NCBI GenBank assembly: GCA_965205975.1
Contig: OZ242195.1
Coordinates: 1,920,001 to 1,984,000, forward strand
Reading direction: 5' to 3'
DNA from: Candidatus Latescibacterota bacterium
GTDB taxonomy: Bacteria; Latescibacterota; UBA2968
Length of the DNA stretch: 64,000 nucleotides
The notes under the pieces are model-generated. The model saw only the letters and a program-made list of their open reading frames with translations, did not search any database and was not told where the DNA came from. Below, in pieces: positions 19,889 to 29,923 of this stretch; position 1 is the stretch's first letter; every line of letters begins with the position of its first letter. Position numbers and translations under genes: made by a program.

Positions 19889-21337
19889 CTACCGACCTCG
19901 ATTAGTCTCCCAAACCGACCTTTCCTGCCACGGCTCAAAATCTGGATTCTCCTCGGGCATTTTGGCTTCGATCTCCTCCTGCCACGTCTTCAGAAGCTCG
20001 TGCAACCGATCTCGCACATCGGGCAATTCATCTGCCAGATCATTCTCCTCGCCGATATCCTCTCGCAAATTGTACAACTCGGCATGCCCGGATTCAAAAA
20101 ATTCGATCAGCTTATAATCCCCCGCTCGAACAGAAGATCCAGGTGTCCCTCCCTGATTGCCATAATGTGGGAAATGCCAGAAAATCGCATCGCGCGCCAG
20201 GTTACCCCCCTTTAGCAAAGGCACGATACTCACCCCATCGCAATGCTGTTCGGGAATCAGATCCAGACCTGCCATTTCCAGTATCGTCGGATAATAATCT
20301 GTACTCGTCACCGGAACATCGCAAACAGACCCTACCGGTGTCACACCGGGCCATTTGACAATCAGCGGCTCTCGCGTTCCGCCTTCATACATCCAGCCCT
20401 TGCCCTCGGCGAGCGGCGCATTGCACGTCGGCGAACCTTCACTCGTCGCTAGCCCACCATTATCTGAGGTAAACATAATCGCGGTATTATCGGCAATACC
20501 CGCTGCTTCCAGCGCGTCCAAAATGCGCCCCACACTCTCATCCATGCTCTCGATCATCGCGGCGTACACCGGATCGGATTGCACCGTCCGCCGCGTAATG
20601 CGCCTGTCCTTTTTGTGTGCCCCCGGGAAAAAATCACCCTCTTCAAACGGTTCAATTTTATCCAGCCCCATTGCTCTTGCCTTCTCTTCGTACTTCTCGA
20701 TCTTTTCTCGCTTCGCCTGAATGGGCGTATGCACCGTATAATACCACAAATTCAAGAAAAACGGACGATCGTCGCGGTTCTCGATCAAATCTATAACCCG
20801 ATCCGTCAAATAATCCGTCAAATACGTACCGTCTGGTACATCGACATCGTCCAGCACCGGAATCGTCCATGGGCTAAAATAACCCCCTCGTCCGGGAGAC
20901 CCGTGTTCGCATCCGCCCACATTCACCTCAAACCCGTGTTCATCGGGATAAAATCCAGGTCCACCCAAATGCCATTTGCCAACATGCCAGGTCGCATACC
21001 CCCCGTCCTTCATCGCCTGTGCAACCGTGCGCTCTTCATGGGGCAAGTACCTGAAATAGGGCACATCGATCAATTTGCCGCGATTGGGATGATTTCTCCC
21101 GGCCCAATCGATAAAATTCGTCACCCCAACCCGCGCGGGATATTTGCCACTCATCACACTCGCGCGCGTTGGCGAACACACCGGACACGACGCGTACGCA
21201 TCCGTAAATTTCATCCCCTCGGCGCACAGCCGATCCAAATTGGGCGTCTCGTAAAATTCACTTCCGTAACACGTCGTATCTGCCCACCCGTAATCGTCTA
21301 ACAAAACAAAAATAATATTGGGTTTGCCCATTTCCAT
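19889..21337 (-). CDS. Sulfatase (Cys-type)
   Basis: PNIIFVLLDD, CSPTR, GKWHLG, SDNG. Confidence 0.95.
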   Translation of the reverse strand: MEMGKPNIIFVLLDDYGWADTTCYGSEFYETPNLDRLCAEGMKFTDAYASCPVCSPTRASVMSGKYPARVGVTNFIDWAGRNHPNRGKLIDVPYFRYLPHEERTVAQAMKDGGYATWHVGKWHLGGPGFYPDEHGFEVNVGGCEHGSPGRGGYFSPWTIPVLDDVDVPDGTYLTDYLTDRVIDLIENRDDRPFFLNLWYYTVHTPIQAKREKIEKYEEKARAMGLDKIEPFEEGDFFPGAHKKDRRITRRTVQSDPVYAAMIESMDESVGRILDALEAAGIADNTAIMFTSDNGGLATSEGSPTCNAPLAEGKGWMYEGGTREPLIVKWPGVTPVGSVCDVPVTSTDYYPTILEMAGLDLIPEQHCDGVSIVPLLKGGNLARDAIFWHFPHYGNQGGTPGSSVRAGDYKLIEFFESGHAELYNLREDIGEENDLADELPDVRDRLHELLKTWQEEIEAKMPEENPDFEPWQERSVWETNRGR

Positions 21338-22329
21338 TATATCTCCACATCCACACTCTTGCCAGAAGCTCCCGACTCGCGCGCAGCGTGTAACACCTGC
21401 ATCACCCGCAAACCGTGTTCAGCGGTAATAATCAACTCCTCGCCCTCGCGCAAATGCCGCGCAATATTTGCGTGCAGATTTTCTCGCGGTATCGCATCGG
21501 TGCGCACTTCCTCAGAATCTTCCCCGTAAACCGTAACCTCATTACCTCCCCCACGCGCGCACACAAGCGTGGCCTCCGTGCCCAGAACGATCCATTTATA
21601 CGGCAGAGAATAAAAAGAAATATCCGCCTTGGCAGCGCGCGCGCGCACCCCATTGTCAAACACCATCACAATATCGAACAAATCGTCCGAATCGCCCCAC
21701 TTCGTATGCCGCACATCGGCAAATACTGACACCACCTTGTGACCTGACATCAAATCGATAATCTGCTCGACCCAGTGCGGTCCAAAATCCAACAAAGTTC
21801 CCCCACCCGCCGCAGCCGTCACGCGCCATTGCTGATTGTAATCGGGCACGCCAAAACCCACAGCGGGACGTGCTCCCATCGTGCGATTCTCAAGCGCAAC
21901 AATCTCGCCAACCGCACCATCTAAAACCGCGTGCTTAACCAGACAATAATCGCGATCGTAATGCCGATTGTGGTGCATCGTCAATACCACGCCATTCTCT
22001 CTGGCCGCCTGCACCATTTCCTCAGCCTCTGGCCCGGTCAGTGACATCGGCTTTTCAATCAGCATGTGTTTCTTCGCCGCCGCCACCTTGAGTGCATCCG
22101 CATAATGCGCTGCCGAATGCGTCGCGATCAAAACCAACTCGATATCCCAACCGAGAAATTCATCGAGATTATCGGTCGCGCGCATGCCCTCGGCAACCGC
22201 CTCTTCCCGCCTGGATTCCGTAATATCGCACACACCCACCACATCGTACAATCCCGTCTCGCGCATCGTTCTCAGATGGCCGCCAGCCACCCGCCCAAAT
22301 CCAATAATACCCGCCTTGATCTTTTCCAT
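21337..22329 (-). CDS. Gfo/Idh/MocA oxidoreductase
   Basis: GIIGFG, EKPM, HNRHY, GGGTLLDFGPH. Confidence 0.9.
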   Translation of the reverse strand: MEKIKAGIIGFGRVAGGHLRTMRETGLYDVVGVCDITESRREEAVAEGMRATDNLDEFLGWDIELVLIATHSAAHYADALKVAAAKKHMLIEKPMSLTGPEAEEMVQAARENGVVLTMHHNRHYDRDYCLVKHAVLDGAVGEIVALENRTMGARPAVGFGVPDYNQQWRVTAAAGGGTLLDFGPHWVEQIIDLMSGHKVVSVFADVRHTKWGDSDDLFDIVMVFDNGVRARAAKADISFYSLPYKWIVLGTEATLVCARGGGNEVTVYGEDSEEVRTDAIPRENLHANIARHLREGEELIITAEHGLRVMQVLHAARESGASGKSVDVEI

Positions 22330-23055
22330 TTATTTTTCCTCATCATCTCCGTATTCTTCACCGCGATAAGCCGCACGCAACTCGGCGATATTGGTCACCT
22401 TCTTAACGCGTTCTTGAAGTGCCTCTTCCCCTGCGATCAGTTCCTTCACATTCGCCAGCACCTCCGCCATCCGATCTGCGGGAAATTTAACCGCGCCATT
22501 TTCATCCATGTGAATAATCTCGCCAGGCGCAACATCCATGCCGCAAATCGACACTGGCACATTCACCGCCTGCACAGCTTGGTCGCCATGGCCCGGCGAT
22601 ATACCCGTCAACAAATACTGAAACGCCATCGGGCGGATTTCATCGATATCCCTCGACGGTCCATTTGACACGCATCCCACGCACCCGAGTGCTTTCATCG
22701 TCGTTGTCATATTGCCGCCCGCAAGCCCTACCTTACCCGCAATCTCCGGCGGAAACTTCTGCTCCAGCGCCAGTACCGTCGGCTTTGGCGACGCATCCAG
22801 CGCTTCTGCCACATCCATAAATGACAACCGACTAAACCCAGCATCTGGCAACGCAAAAGTACACGTCACAGCATACCCACACCGCGCGCCGAGTTCTGGA
22901 TACATACACTTAATCGTCTGATCCGTGTACCAGTTTTCAAGCCACGGATTATAAAGCCCCAAACACAACGGATTATTCGGATACGTCGCCACCACATTTG
23001 TAATAGACGGCGTATCGAAATTCTCCAACTCCTTCAAAATCTCCTGTTCTGTCAT
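22330..23055 (-). CDS. RraA family / HMG aldolase-like protein
   Basis: DTPSITN, GYAVT, RDIDEI, PGEIIHMDENG. Confidence 0.85.
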   Translation of the reverse strand: MTEQEILKELENFDTPSITNVVATYPNNPLCLGLYNPWLENWYTDQTIKCMYPELGARCGYAVTCTFALPDAGFSRLSFMDVAEALDASPKPTVLALEQKFPPEIAGKVGLAGGNMTTTMKALGCVGCVSNGPSRDIDEIRPMAFQYLLTGISPGHGDQAVQAVNVPVSICGMDVAPGEIIHMDENGAVKFPADRMAEVLANVKELIAGEEALQERVKKVTNIAELRAAYRGEEYGDDEEK

Positions 23056-23106
23056 GGTATTCTCCTTAAAAGTTGATCCTACCTGTTAGCCTTTTACTCT
23101 ATTTTT

Positions 23107-23138
23107 ATCGGTGTTTATCTGTGTTCATCTGTGGTTGC
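23107..23138 (-). repeat. 10-bp-unit tandem repeat element (CACAGATRAA)
   Basis: Minus strand GCAACCACAGATGAACACAGATAAACACCGAT; near-identical to 40237..40268. Confidence 0.75.
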
Positions 23139-24102
23139 TTTTCCCCACCTTCACCACATGCTCTTGATCCCAATCCTGGATCAACGGTTTCAGATCATCC
23201 CAAAACGCCTCGGGAATTTCAATACTGCCAGCTTCGGCATTTTGAATCGTCTCCGCTTTGTTTCGCCCCCCGCAAATCGCCGTCGCAATCAACGGATGCC
23301 TCGTACACCACTGCAGCGATGCAGCCACCAGTGGAATGCCATAATCGTCGCAAAGTGCTTTTATCCTCCCAACGCGATCCAAAACAGCCTGACTAAAATT
23401 GCGATTCACATAAGAATGCCCGGGCAAGGGTCCCGTCGCCAATAAACCGCGTTCCAGAGGTGTTGCAAGCGCAATCCCCACATTGTGTTTTTCAGCACCG
23501 GGAAAAATGAATGTATCCGCCGTGCGATTCAACAAACTCCAGGCATCGGGAACCACCGAAGCATCAAACTCGCCCGTATCAATATAGGGACCATTGGAAT
23601 CGGGATCATTCGCCGCAATACCGACAAAACGCACCACACTCTCATCCTGCAATTTTCGCAACGCCCCAAGCGCCCCATCTTTCGCCATCACCTGCTGCAT
23701 GGGAAAATCCATCGGATCGTGAATATACAACACGTCAAACGCATCCAGACCCAACCGCTCCTGACTGTCTTCCACCTGCTGCATCACCCCGTCGGAAGAG
23801 AAATCGTATTCATTTCCCGATCTTCCCACCTTTGTCGTCACCGTACACTTTTCAGCCAGGTCAGGGCGTTCGCGCAACGCACGACCAATAATCTTCTCAC
23901 TCACGGTATTCCCATAAAGAGGCGCTGTATCGACCAGCGTACACCCAGCCTCAATAGCAGCCACCACATTCTCTACACCCACATCTTCATCAACGCCCGA
24001 CGACAAACGACCATCTGCCCCCATCACACGAGCGAGAAATGCCGTGCCAAAACTGACGATTGGAACCTCCAACCCCGTTCTGCCCAATATCTTACTTTGC
24101 AT
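23125..24102 (-). CDS. Aldo/keto reductase
   Basis: LGRTGLEV, DTAPLYG, TKVG, IHDP. Confidence 0.92.
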   Translation of the reverse strand: MQSKILGRTGLEVPIVSFGTAFLARVMGADGRLSSGVDEDVGVENVVAAIEAGCTLVDTAPLYGNTVSEKIIGRALRERPDLAEKCTVTTKVGRSGNEYDFSSDGVMQQVEDSQERLGLDAFDVLYIHDPMDFPMQQVMAKDGALGALRKLQDESVVRFVGIAANDPDSNGPYIDTGEFDASVVPDAWSLLNRTADTFIFPGAEKHNVGIALATPLERGLLATGPLPGHSYVNRNFSQAVLDRVGRIKALCDDYGIPLVAASLQWCTRHPLIATAICGGRNKAETIQNAEAGSIEIPEAFWDDLKPLIQDWDQEHVVKVGKSNHR

Positions 24103-24314
24103 CACAAATCTCCTCAAGCGAATAGACGAATAGACGAATCTACGAAGAGGTTACAACTGCGCCAGCAGTTCATCTACGATCAGATTCTCAGAGAACGCTC
24201 ACGCATAATAGACGACAGAACCCTGCGTGTCAATGCGAAAAACTCCCCTGTGCTATGTCGTAAAATAAAAGTAGCGATCCCCGCCTGTTCGGACAAATGG
24301 TGATAAAAAGAATA

Positions 24315-24343
24315 TTGACAGCCTATTTGCAATCTGTTATACT
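24315..24343 (+). promoter_or_regulatory. Sigma70-type promoter directly upstream of hsdM (probable leaderless mRNA)
   Basis: TTGACA-17 nt-TATACT with extended TG; ATG starts 7 nt after the -10 box; no Shine-Dalgarno. Confidence 0.75.
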
Positions 24344-24349
24344 GTAAAT

Positions 24350-26185
24350 ATGACAAACATAACAGAAATACACGACATTTCGGCTGTTTTGCGCGCCATT
24401 CGCGCCCATCTTGACCTGACACAGGAAGAACTCGCGAATCGACTCGGCGTTGCATTCGCCACTGTCAACCGCTGGGAAGGTGGCGTAACTAAGCCTCAGA
24501 AGGCAGCGCGAGAGGCCATCGTCGCACTCGCAGACGAGGCGGGAATCGACATGGCGGAAGTTGCCTCAGAACCAGTCGAAGCCGCAGCACAAGTGACGAG
24601 ACGACGGCGCGTTTCCAAAGCTCCTTCCACGAAAACCATGGAACAGATGCTATGGGACGCGGCCTGCTCCATCCGTGGCGAAAAGGACGCGGCCAGATTC
24701 AAGGATTATCTACTCCCCCTCCTCTTTCTCAAACGCCTATCCGATGTCTTTGACGACGAGATCGAGCGTCTCGCAGAGGAATACGGCGACCGCGCAATAG
24801 CCATAGAGATCGCTGAGTCCGACCACAGCTTGCTACGATTCTATCTGCCGGCAGAAGCACGATGGAGTGTCATCAATGGGCGCGAAAGTTACGAATGGCC
24901 TGATAACCAGGGGCGAAGCACACGCCCGAAGGACATTGGCGAGCACTTGACAAGATCTGTCCGCGCTATCGTACGGCATAATCCCTCGCTCTCCGGCGTC
25001 ATTGACCTTGAGGATTTCGCCTCTGAGCGCAACGGAGAACGCGATATCAACCCGGCGAAACTCACCGAGGTTGTCGAGACCTTCTCCGATCCGCGCTACC
25101 GCCTGGGGCTTGCTGACGTTCAGCCCGATTTCCTCGGCCGCGCCTACGAGTTTCTCCTGCGAAAATTTGCCGAAGGCTCTGGCCAAAGCGCGGGTGAATT
25201 TTTCACCCCAACCGAAGTCGGCCTTCTAATGGCGCACATCATGCGCCCGAGGCCCGGCGAAGAATGCCACGACTATGCCTGCGGTTCAGCTGGCCTACTC
25301 GTTAAGCTCCAACTCGTCGCCCGCGAACTCGACCCTACAAGTCGCGTGCCGCTCAAACTCTATGGACAGGAGCTACAGGCCGAAAGCTATGCGGTCGCCA
25401 AAATGAACGCCATCATCCACGACATGGAAGCGGAGATCGAGCGCGGCGATACAATGATCAATCCGAAGTTCAAAACCGCAGACAGCAAAATCCGTACTTA
25501 TGACATCGTCGTCGCCAATCCAATGTGGAATCAACCATTCAACCCGGACATCTTTATCGACGATCCCTTCGACCGCTTCCGCACTCAGGGCGGCGTCACC
25601 ACCGGCAAAGGCGACTGGGCCTGGCTTCAGCACACACTCACATGCTTGAGCGAGCGTGGACGTGCGGCAGTGGTACTCGACACCGGCGCAGTGACGCGCG
25701 GATCTGGCTCCAGAAATGAGGACAGAGAACGCAACATCCGCAAGTGGTTCGTTGAACATGACTTGATTGACGGCATAATACTCCTACCGGACAACCTCTT
25801 CTACAACACCAGCACCGCTGGCGTGATCATCGTCCTCTCAAAGCGCAAGCCTGCCTCACGAAAGAACAAAATCGTGCTCCTCAACGCCAGCCAGCGCGTG
25901 CGTAAGGGCCGTCCGAAAAACTATATCCCGGAAGAAGACCTGCGCCCACTCGCAGCCGCCTATCTCAAAGGCGAACCAGTTGAAGGCGAGGTCGCAGTCA
26001 TCACGCGGGAGCAAGTAGAGGAAGCAGACTACAACCTCAGCCCGAGCCGGTGGGCAGGGCAGACGGACGCCTTTGACCACCGGCCTATCTCAGAGATTAT
26101 TGCAGATTTGAACAAACTGAATGAAGAAGCCCGTGAGATTGACGGGCATTTGGCAGATATACTCGCACAATTGCAAGAAAAATGA
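24350..26185 (+). CDS. hsdM: Type I R-M methyltransferase subunit with N-terminal XRE-type HTH
   Basis: [48 protein letters not shown] (motif I), NPMW (motif IV). Confidence 0.93.
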   Translation: MTNITEIHDISAVLRAIRAHLDLTQEELANRLGVAFATVNRWEGGVTKPQKAAREAIVALADEAGIDMAEVASEPVEAAAQVTRRRRVSKAPSTKTMEQMLWDAACSIRGEKDAARFKDYLLPLLFLKRLSDVFDDEIERLAEEYGDRAIAIEIAESDHSLLRFYLPAEARWSVINGRESYEWPDNQGRSTRPKDIGEHLTRSVRAIVRHNPSLSGVIDLEDFASERNGERDINPAKLTEVVETFSDPRYRLGLADVQPDFLGRAYEFLLRKFAEGSGQSAGEFFTPTEVGLLMAHIMRPRPGEECHDYACGSAGLLVKLQLVARELDPTSRVPLKLYGQELQAESYAVAKMNAIIHDMEAEIERGDTMINPKFKTADSKIRTYDIVVANPMWNQPFNPDIFIDDPFDRFRTQGGVTTGKGDWAWLQHTLTCLSERGRAAVVLDTGAVTRGSGSRNEDRERNIRKWFVEHDLIDGIILLPDNLFYNTSTAGVIIVLSKRKPASRKNKIVLLNASQRVRKGRPKNYIPEEDLRPLAAAYLKGEPVEGEVAVITREQVEEADYNLSPSRWAGQTDAFDHRPISEIIADLNKLNEEAREIDGHLADILAQLQEK

Positions 26186-26210
26186 ACCTCGAAAAAGAAA
26201 GGAGAAAAAC

Positions 26211-26588
26211 ATGGGCGCAACACACGTCACAGTCAGGATTACAAACCCGGCGGATCCGGACAGGTTTTGGGAAGGGCTTTTTCTGGTGGATACAGGGGCA
26301 ACCGATTCCCTGGTGCCCAGACCTTACCTGGAAGCCATCGGCCTCAAACCCGAAGGAAAACGCGTGTATGAACTGGCCGACGGCAGCGAGATCGCAGTGG
26401 ATGTCGCCGTCGCCAAAATTGAGTTCATGGGCGAGTTCGTCGGGGGGACGATCATATTCGGCGAGGCCGACGCGGAGCCGTTGTTGGGCGTGACTGCGCT
26501 GGAATCCGTCGGTATAGAAGTAGATCCGTTGAATCAGCAGTTGAAGAGGTTGCCAGCCGTGCGGCTGAAAAGAATGGCGGATCTGTAA
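26211..26588 (+). CDS. Retropepsin-like (clan AA) aspartic protease
   Basis: LVDTGA catalytic motif, YELADG flap, PLLGVTALE; RBS AAGGAG. Confidence 0.85.
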   Translation: MGATHVTVRITNPADPDRFWEGLFLVDTGATDSLVPRPYLEAIGLKPEGKRVYELADGSEIAVDVAVAKIEFMGEFVGGTIIFGEADAEPLLGVTALESVGIEVDPLNQQLKRLPAVRLKRMADL

Positions 26589-27880
26589 TGAACGAAGCGT
26601 GGACCTGGCATCCCCTTGGAGAACTGTTCGAGATCGGCGCGGGAAAAAGCATGTCTGCCGCCGCCCGCAACGGTCCTGACAAGACACCATTCCTTCGAAC
26701 CTCAAATGTCTTTTGGGACCAGATTGACCTTTCTACTGTCGATGAGATGGCGATTCCCGAGCACGAGTTATCCAAAAAACTTCTGCAACCCGGCGATCTG
26801 CTGGTTTGCGAGGGAGGCGAGATTGGACGTGCGGCAATCTGGAATGGCGAAGTCAAAATAATGTCGTTCCAGAACCATTTACATCGACTACGGCCTATTG
26901 TTGAAGAGGTCGAGCCGCGCTTCTACGTGTATTTCCTACAATCCGCCTTTACCCAACTTGGCATCTTTGAGGGCGCGGGTAATAAAACGACGATACCAAA
27001 CCTGTCACGCAGTCGGTTAGCAGGACTTGAGGTACCGCAACCAAATATCAATGAGCAACTGGCAATAGTCGCCGCGCTTTCGCGGATCCGGGAAGCTATC
27101 AAAACACATGATCAGAGCGTCGCGCTTGCACAGGATTTGAAACGCACCGCGATGCAGATGCTCTTCACACGCGGTCTGCGAGGCGAAGTGCAAAAGGAAA
27201 CTGAAATCGGCTCGATGCCGGAGAGTTGGGAACTCATCCCCGTTGCGAATATAGCAACGGTAAAAGGTGGGAAACGGATGCCAAAAGGCGTTTCGCTAAC
27301 TGACGAGAATACGGGAAAGCCATATATTCGTGTGACCGACTTTCAGGACCATAGTGTGGCAGTAGATCAGGTGCTTTTCGTACCGAAGGGTTATGAAGAC
27401 GTGATTGCCCGCTATGTTATCTCTAGCGATGACATCTACATTTCAATTGCAGGAACAATTGGGCTTGTTGGGCAAGTTCCTGAAAGTCTCGATGGCGCCA
27501 ACTTGACAGAGAACGCTGCTAAAATCTGTTTGACCGATCCGAATGTCGATGCACGTTTCCTGATGTATGCCCTCTCTTCTCACGCCTGCCAGACTCAGAT
27601 TTTGGAGGCAACAGGGCGAAATGCACAGCCTAAATTGGCGTTAAATCGAATAGAACAAATAAAGTTACCGATTCCGAAAAATCTCAATGATCAACGAGAA
27701 GTCACTTCTATCCTCGACGCCATTGACCGCAAGATTGACCTGCATCAAAGAAAACGTGCTGTGCTTGACGACCTGTTCAAAGCACTGTTGCATAAGTTGA
27801 TGACGGGTGAGATACGAGTTGGAGATCTTAATTTATCAATAATTGGTAGCTCTCGGTCTCGGGACTGCCGACAGGAGTAA
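26588..27880 (+). CDS. hsdS: Type I R-M specificity subunit
   Basis: Two TRDs with conserved helices (P..NEQLAIV, ETEIGSMPESWE, DQREV..LDAIDRKI, ALLHKLMTGEIRV). Confidence 0.93.
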   Translation: MNEAWTWHPLGELFEIGAGKSMSAAARNGPDKTPFLRTSNVFWDQIDLSTVDEMAIPEHELSKKLLQPGDLLVCEGGEIGRAAIWNGEVKIMSFQNHLHRLRPIVEEVEPRFYVYFLQSAFTQLGIFEGAGNKTTIPNLSRSRLAGLEVPQPNINEQLAIVAALSRIREAIKTHDQSVALAQDLKRTAMQMLFTRGLRGEVQKETEIGSMPESWELIPVANIATVKGGKRMPKGVSLTDENTGKPYIRVTDFQDHSVAVDQVLFVPKGYEDVIARYVISSDDIYISIAGTIGLVGQVPESLDGANLTENAAKICLTDPNVDARFLMYALSSHACQTQILEATGRNAQPKLALNRIEQIKLPIPKNLNDQREVTSILDAIDRKIDLHQRKRAVLDDLFKALLHKLMTGEIRVGDLNLSIIGSSRSRDCRQE

Positions 27881-27887
27881 ATTGAAT

Positions 27888-29060
27888 ATGGAAGCCACAG
27901 CACCTTTCGCGCTCCATATAGTCTGGCATCCAAACCATGACATAGGTAGAGTAGTCGCGAATCGACTATTTGAGCACTTCGGTGCTAAACACAATCAGAG
28001 GCTGGTGGGAGATACGGGCGTACGCGTAGTCTATCGCCAAGCCATTGCGCCAGATGCTCTGGTTCCTTTGCCAATCGACTGGCAGAGTGGGAATGTTACC
28101 GCCGTAGTGATTCTCGTCGATAATGAGTTGGCGAGTGACCCTGCGTGGACAGAGTATGCTCGTGAAATCGCAAGAGAAGCCGACATGAAGGGGTTTAGTG
28201 CTGGCATTTTTCCTGTAGTGATGGAATCAGGGATCCTTGATAACATTGACCTTACAGAGCAGGCACTACGCTGGGACAGTTGGGATGGGGAATATAGAGA
28301 ACGCGAACAACGGCTCCTCAGAGACCTCACGTACGAATTTATCAGGATGCTCAGGCATTATTTGACTCAGCTTCGACATCCGAATGAAGGCGTAGCTGAT
28401 CTCGAATCTTACTTACAGAACGTCCAAGTCTTTCTCAGTCACTCTAAGCACGATGACCAAGGAGAATCTATTGCCAGAGAAGTCCGCGATTGGCTCCACC
28501 ATAACAGTGCATTGGCAAGTTTCTTGGACATTCAAGACATACCAGCCGGGCTACCCTTCCGGGAAGTTTTACTGTATCATATTGAAAACAGTATTCTCGT
28601 GGTAGTGTACACGAACTCCTATTCGTCACGTGAATGGTGTCGGCGAGAGGTCATCGAGGGCAAGAAACAACAGGTCCCGATGATTGTTTTTGACTGCTTG
28701 CATGGCATCGATCCAAGAAGTATTCCTTATATGGGCAACGTACCATTCGTGCGGATGGACTCGGATCAAGGAGATCAGGTCGGGACGGTTATCGGATGCC
28801 TGCTTGACGAAGTTTTCTGGACCTACATCTGGTTCTGTAGCGTCGAACGCTTTAGGACAGAGCACCCCGATGTACTGTTCATAGCTAGGCCTCCCGAGCT
28901 AATCGCGCTGGCGACGCTACCGGATCACCAGAGTGAAGCCGGTTCAACAATCGTGTATCCAGATCCGCCATTGATTACTGACGAAGTTCAGTTATTTTTA
29001 AAGGTTGCGCCGAAGGTACGTACCTATACACTATCCGAATGGATGGAGGAAGTACTATGA
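27888..29060 (+). CDS. Long TIR-domain protein with uncharacterised N- and C-terminal domains
   Basis: VFLSHSKHD, FLDIQDIPAG, YSSREWCRRE (catalytic Glu position); RBS AGGAG. Confidence 0.85.
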   Translation: MEATAPFALHIVWHPNHDIGRVVANRLFEHFGAKHNQRLVGDTGVRVVYRQAIAPDALVPLPIDWQSGNVTAVVILVDNELASDPAWTEYAREIAREADMKGFSAGIFPVVMESGILDNIDLTEQALRWDSWDGEYREREQRLLRDLTYEFIRMLRHYLTQLRHPNEGVADLESYLQNVQVFLSHSKHDDQGESIAREVRDWLHHNSALASFLDIQDIPAGLPFREVLLYHIENSILVVVYTNSYSSREWCRREVIEGKKQQVPMIVFDCLHGIDPRSIPYMGNVPFVRMDSDQGDQVGTVIGCLLDEVFWTYIWFCSVERFRTEHPDVLFIARPPELIALATLPDHQSEAGSTIVYPDPPLITDEVQLFLKVAPKVRTYTLSEWMEEVL

Positions 29061-29923
29061 TACTCGATAAAATAAAAACAACATCCACAATTGCTATTTC
29101 TATATCCGAGAGTCCAGATATGGAAGTACTTGGGCTAAGTGAAAGGCATCTGCAAGATGCAGCGGCTAAAATCGCGCTACGTCTGCTATCTTCTGGAAGA
29201 AGCTTGGCTTATGGTGGAGATCTACGTACTAAAGGGTTTACAGATCTGTTATTTGAACTGGCCTTGCGCTATCGGGGACATCCGCATCACAATGGAATAA
29301 TTACTGTGACTAACTACTTAGCATGGCCCATTCACCTTAGCATGACGGCCGACGAACTCGAGAAATATGTCGCAGAATACCATGGAACCGCCCAACTCGT
29401 CCTCATTGGGGAGGATGGGAAGCGGCTGTCGATGGAAGACCGCAAGGCACTATCATCTCGTAAACCCGATGCTAGCGAGAGGTCAAACGGACTGACAGCT
29501 ATGCGACAGGTCATGTGCGAGGAAACAGATGCACGCATTTTGCTCGGCGGGCACGTAGAGGATTACAAAGGGCGGATGCCGGGTATCGCAGAAGAAGCGT
29601 TGCTGTCGCTTCAGGTCAACCAGCCGGTATTCTTAATAGGCGGTTTTGGCGGCTGTGCACGTGACATAGCGGAAACAGTCGGGCTTGTGGAGCCTTGGAC
29701 TGGCTCTCGCCAGACTTGGTCGAGCCGGGAGCGGTTCAAATCCTACGGTCCAGACAGCTTACACAACGGACTTTCCACTGAAGAAAATCAGCTACTCGTC
29801 CAGACGCCGTATATTGACCAGTCAATGAGCTTAGTCATGAAAGGTCTTCATAGGCTACGCAATAGTAAAACTAAAGATGACCTAAACCAAAAGGAAGGCA
29901 ACTATGCACAAGGTGTTTATTAG
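29057..29923 (+). CDS. Stand-alone SLOG-superfamily protein (SLOG cluster 2-like)
   Basis: IAISISES, LAYGGD, LTAMR, RILLGG, GRMPGIAEE, LIGGFGG; ATGA overlap with TIR gene. Confidence 0.8.
   Translation: MILDKIKTTSTIAISISESPDMEVLGLSERHLQDAAAKIALRLLSSGRSLAYGGDLRTKGFTDLLFELALRYRGHPHHNGIITVTNYLAWPIHLSMTADELEKYVAEYHGTAQLVLIGEDGKRLSMEDRKALSSRKPDASERSNGLTAMRQVMCEETDARILLGGHVEDYKGRMPGIAEEALLSLQVNQPVFLIGGFGGCARDIAETVGLVEPWTGSRQTWSSRERFKSYGPDSLHNGLSTEENQLLVQTPYIDQSMSLVMKGLHRLRNSKTKDDLNQKEGNYAQGVY

Noticed and set aside
8075..29362. Possible CTCGAG avoidance due to the PaeR7I-like system
   Set aside because: CTCGAG occurs repeatedly (e.g. about 8075, 11957, 19133, 29357); no obvious depletion by eye, formal count not done.
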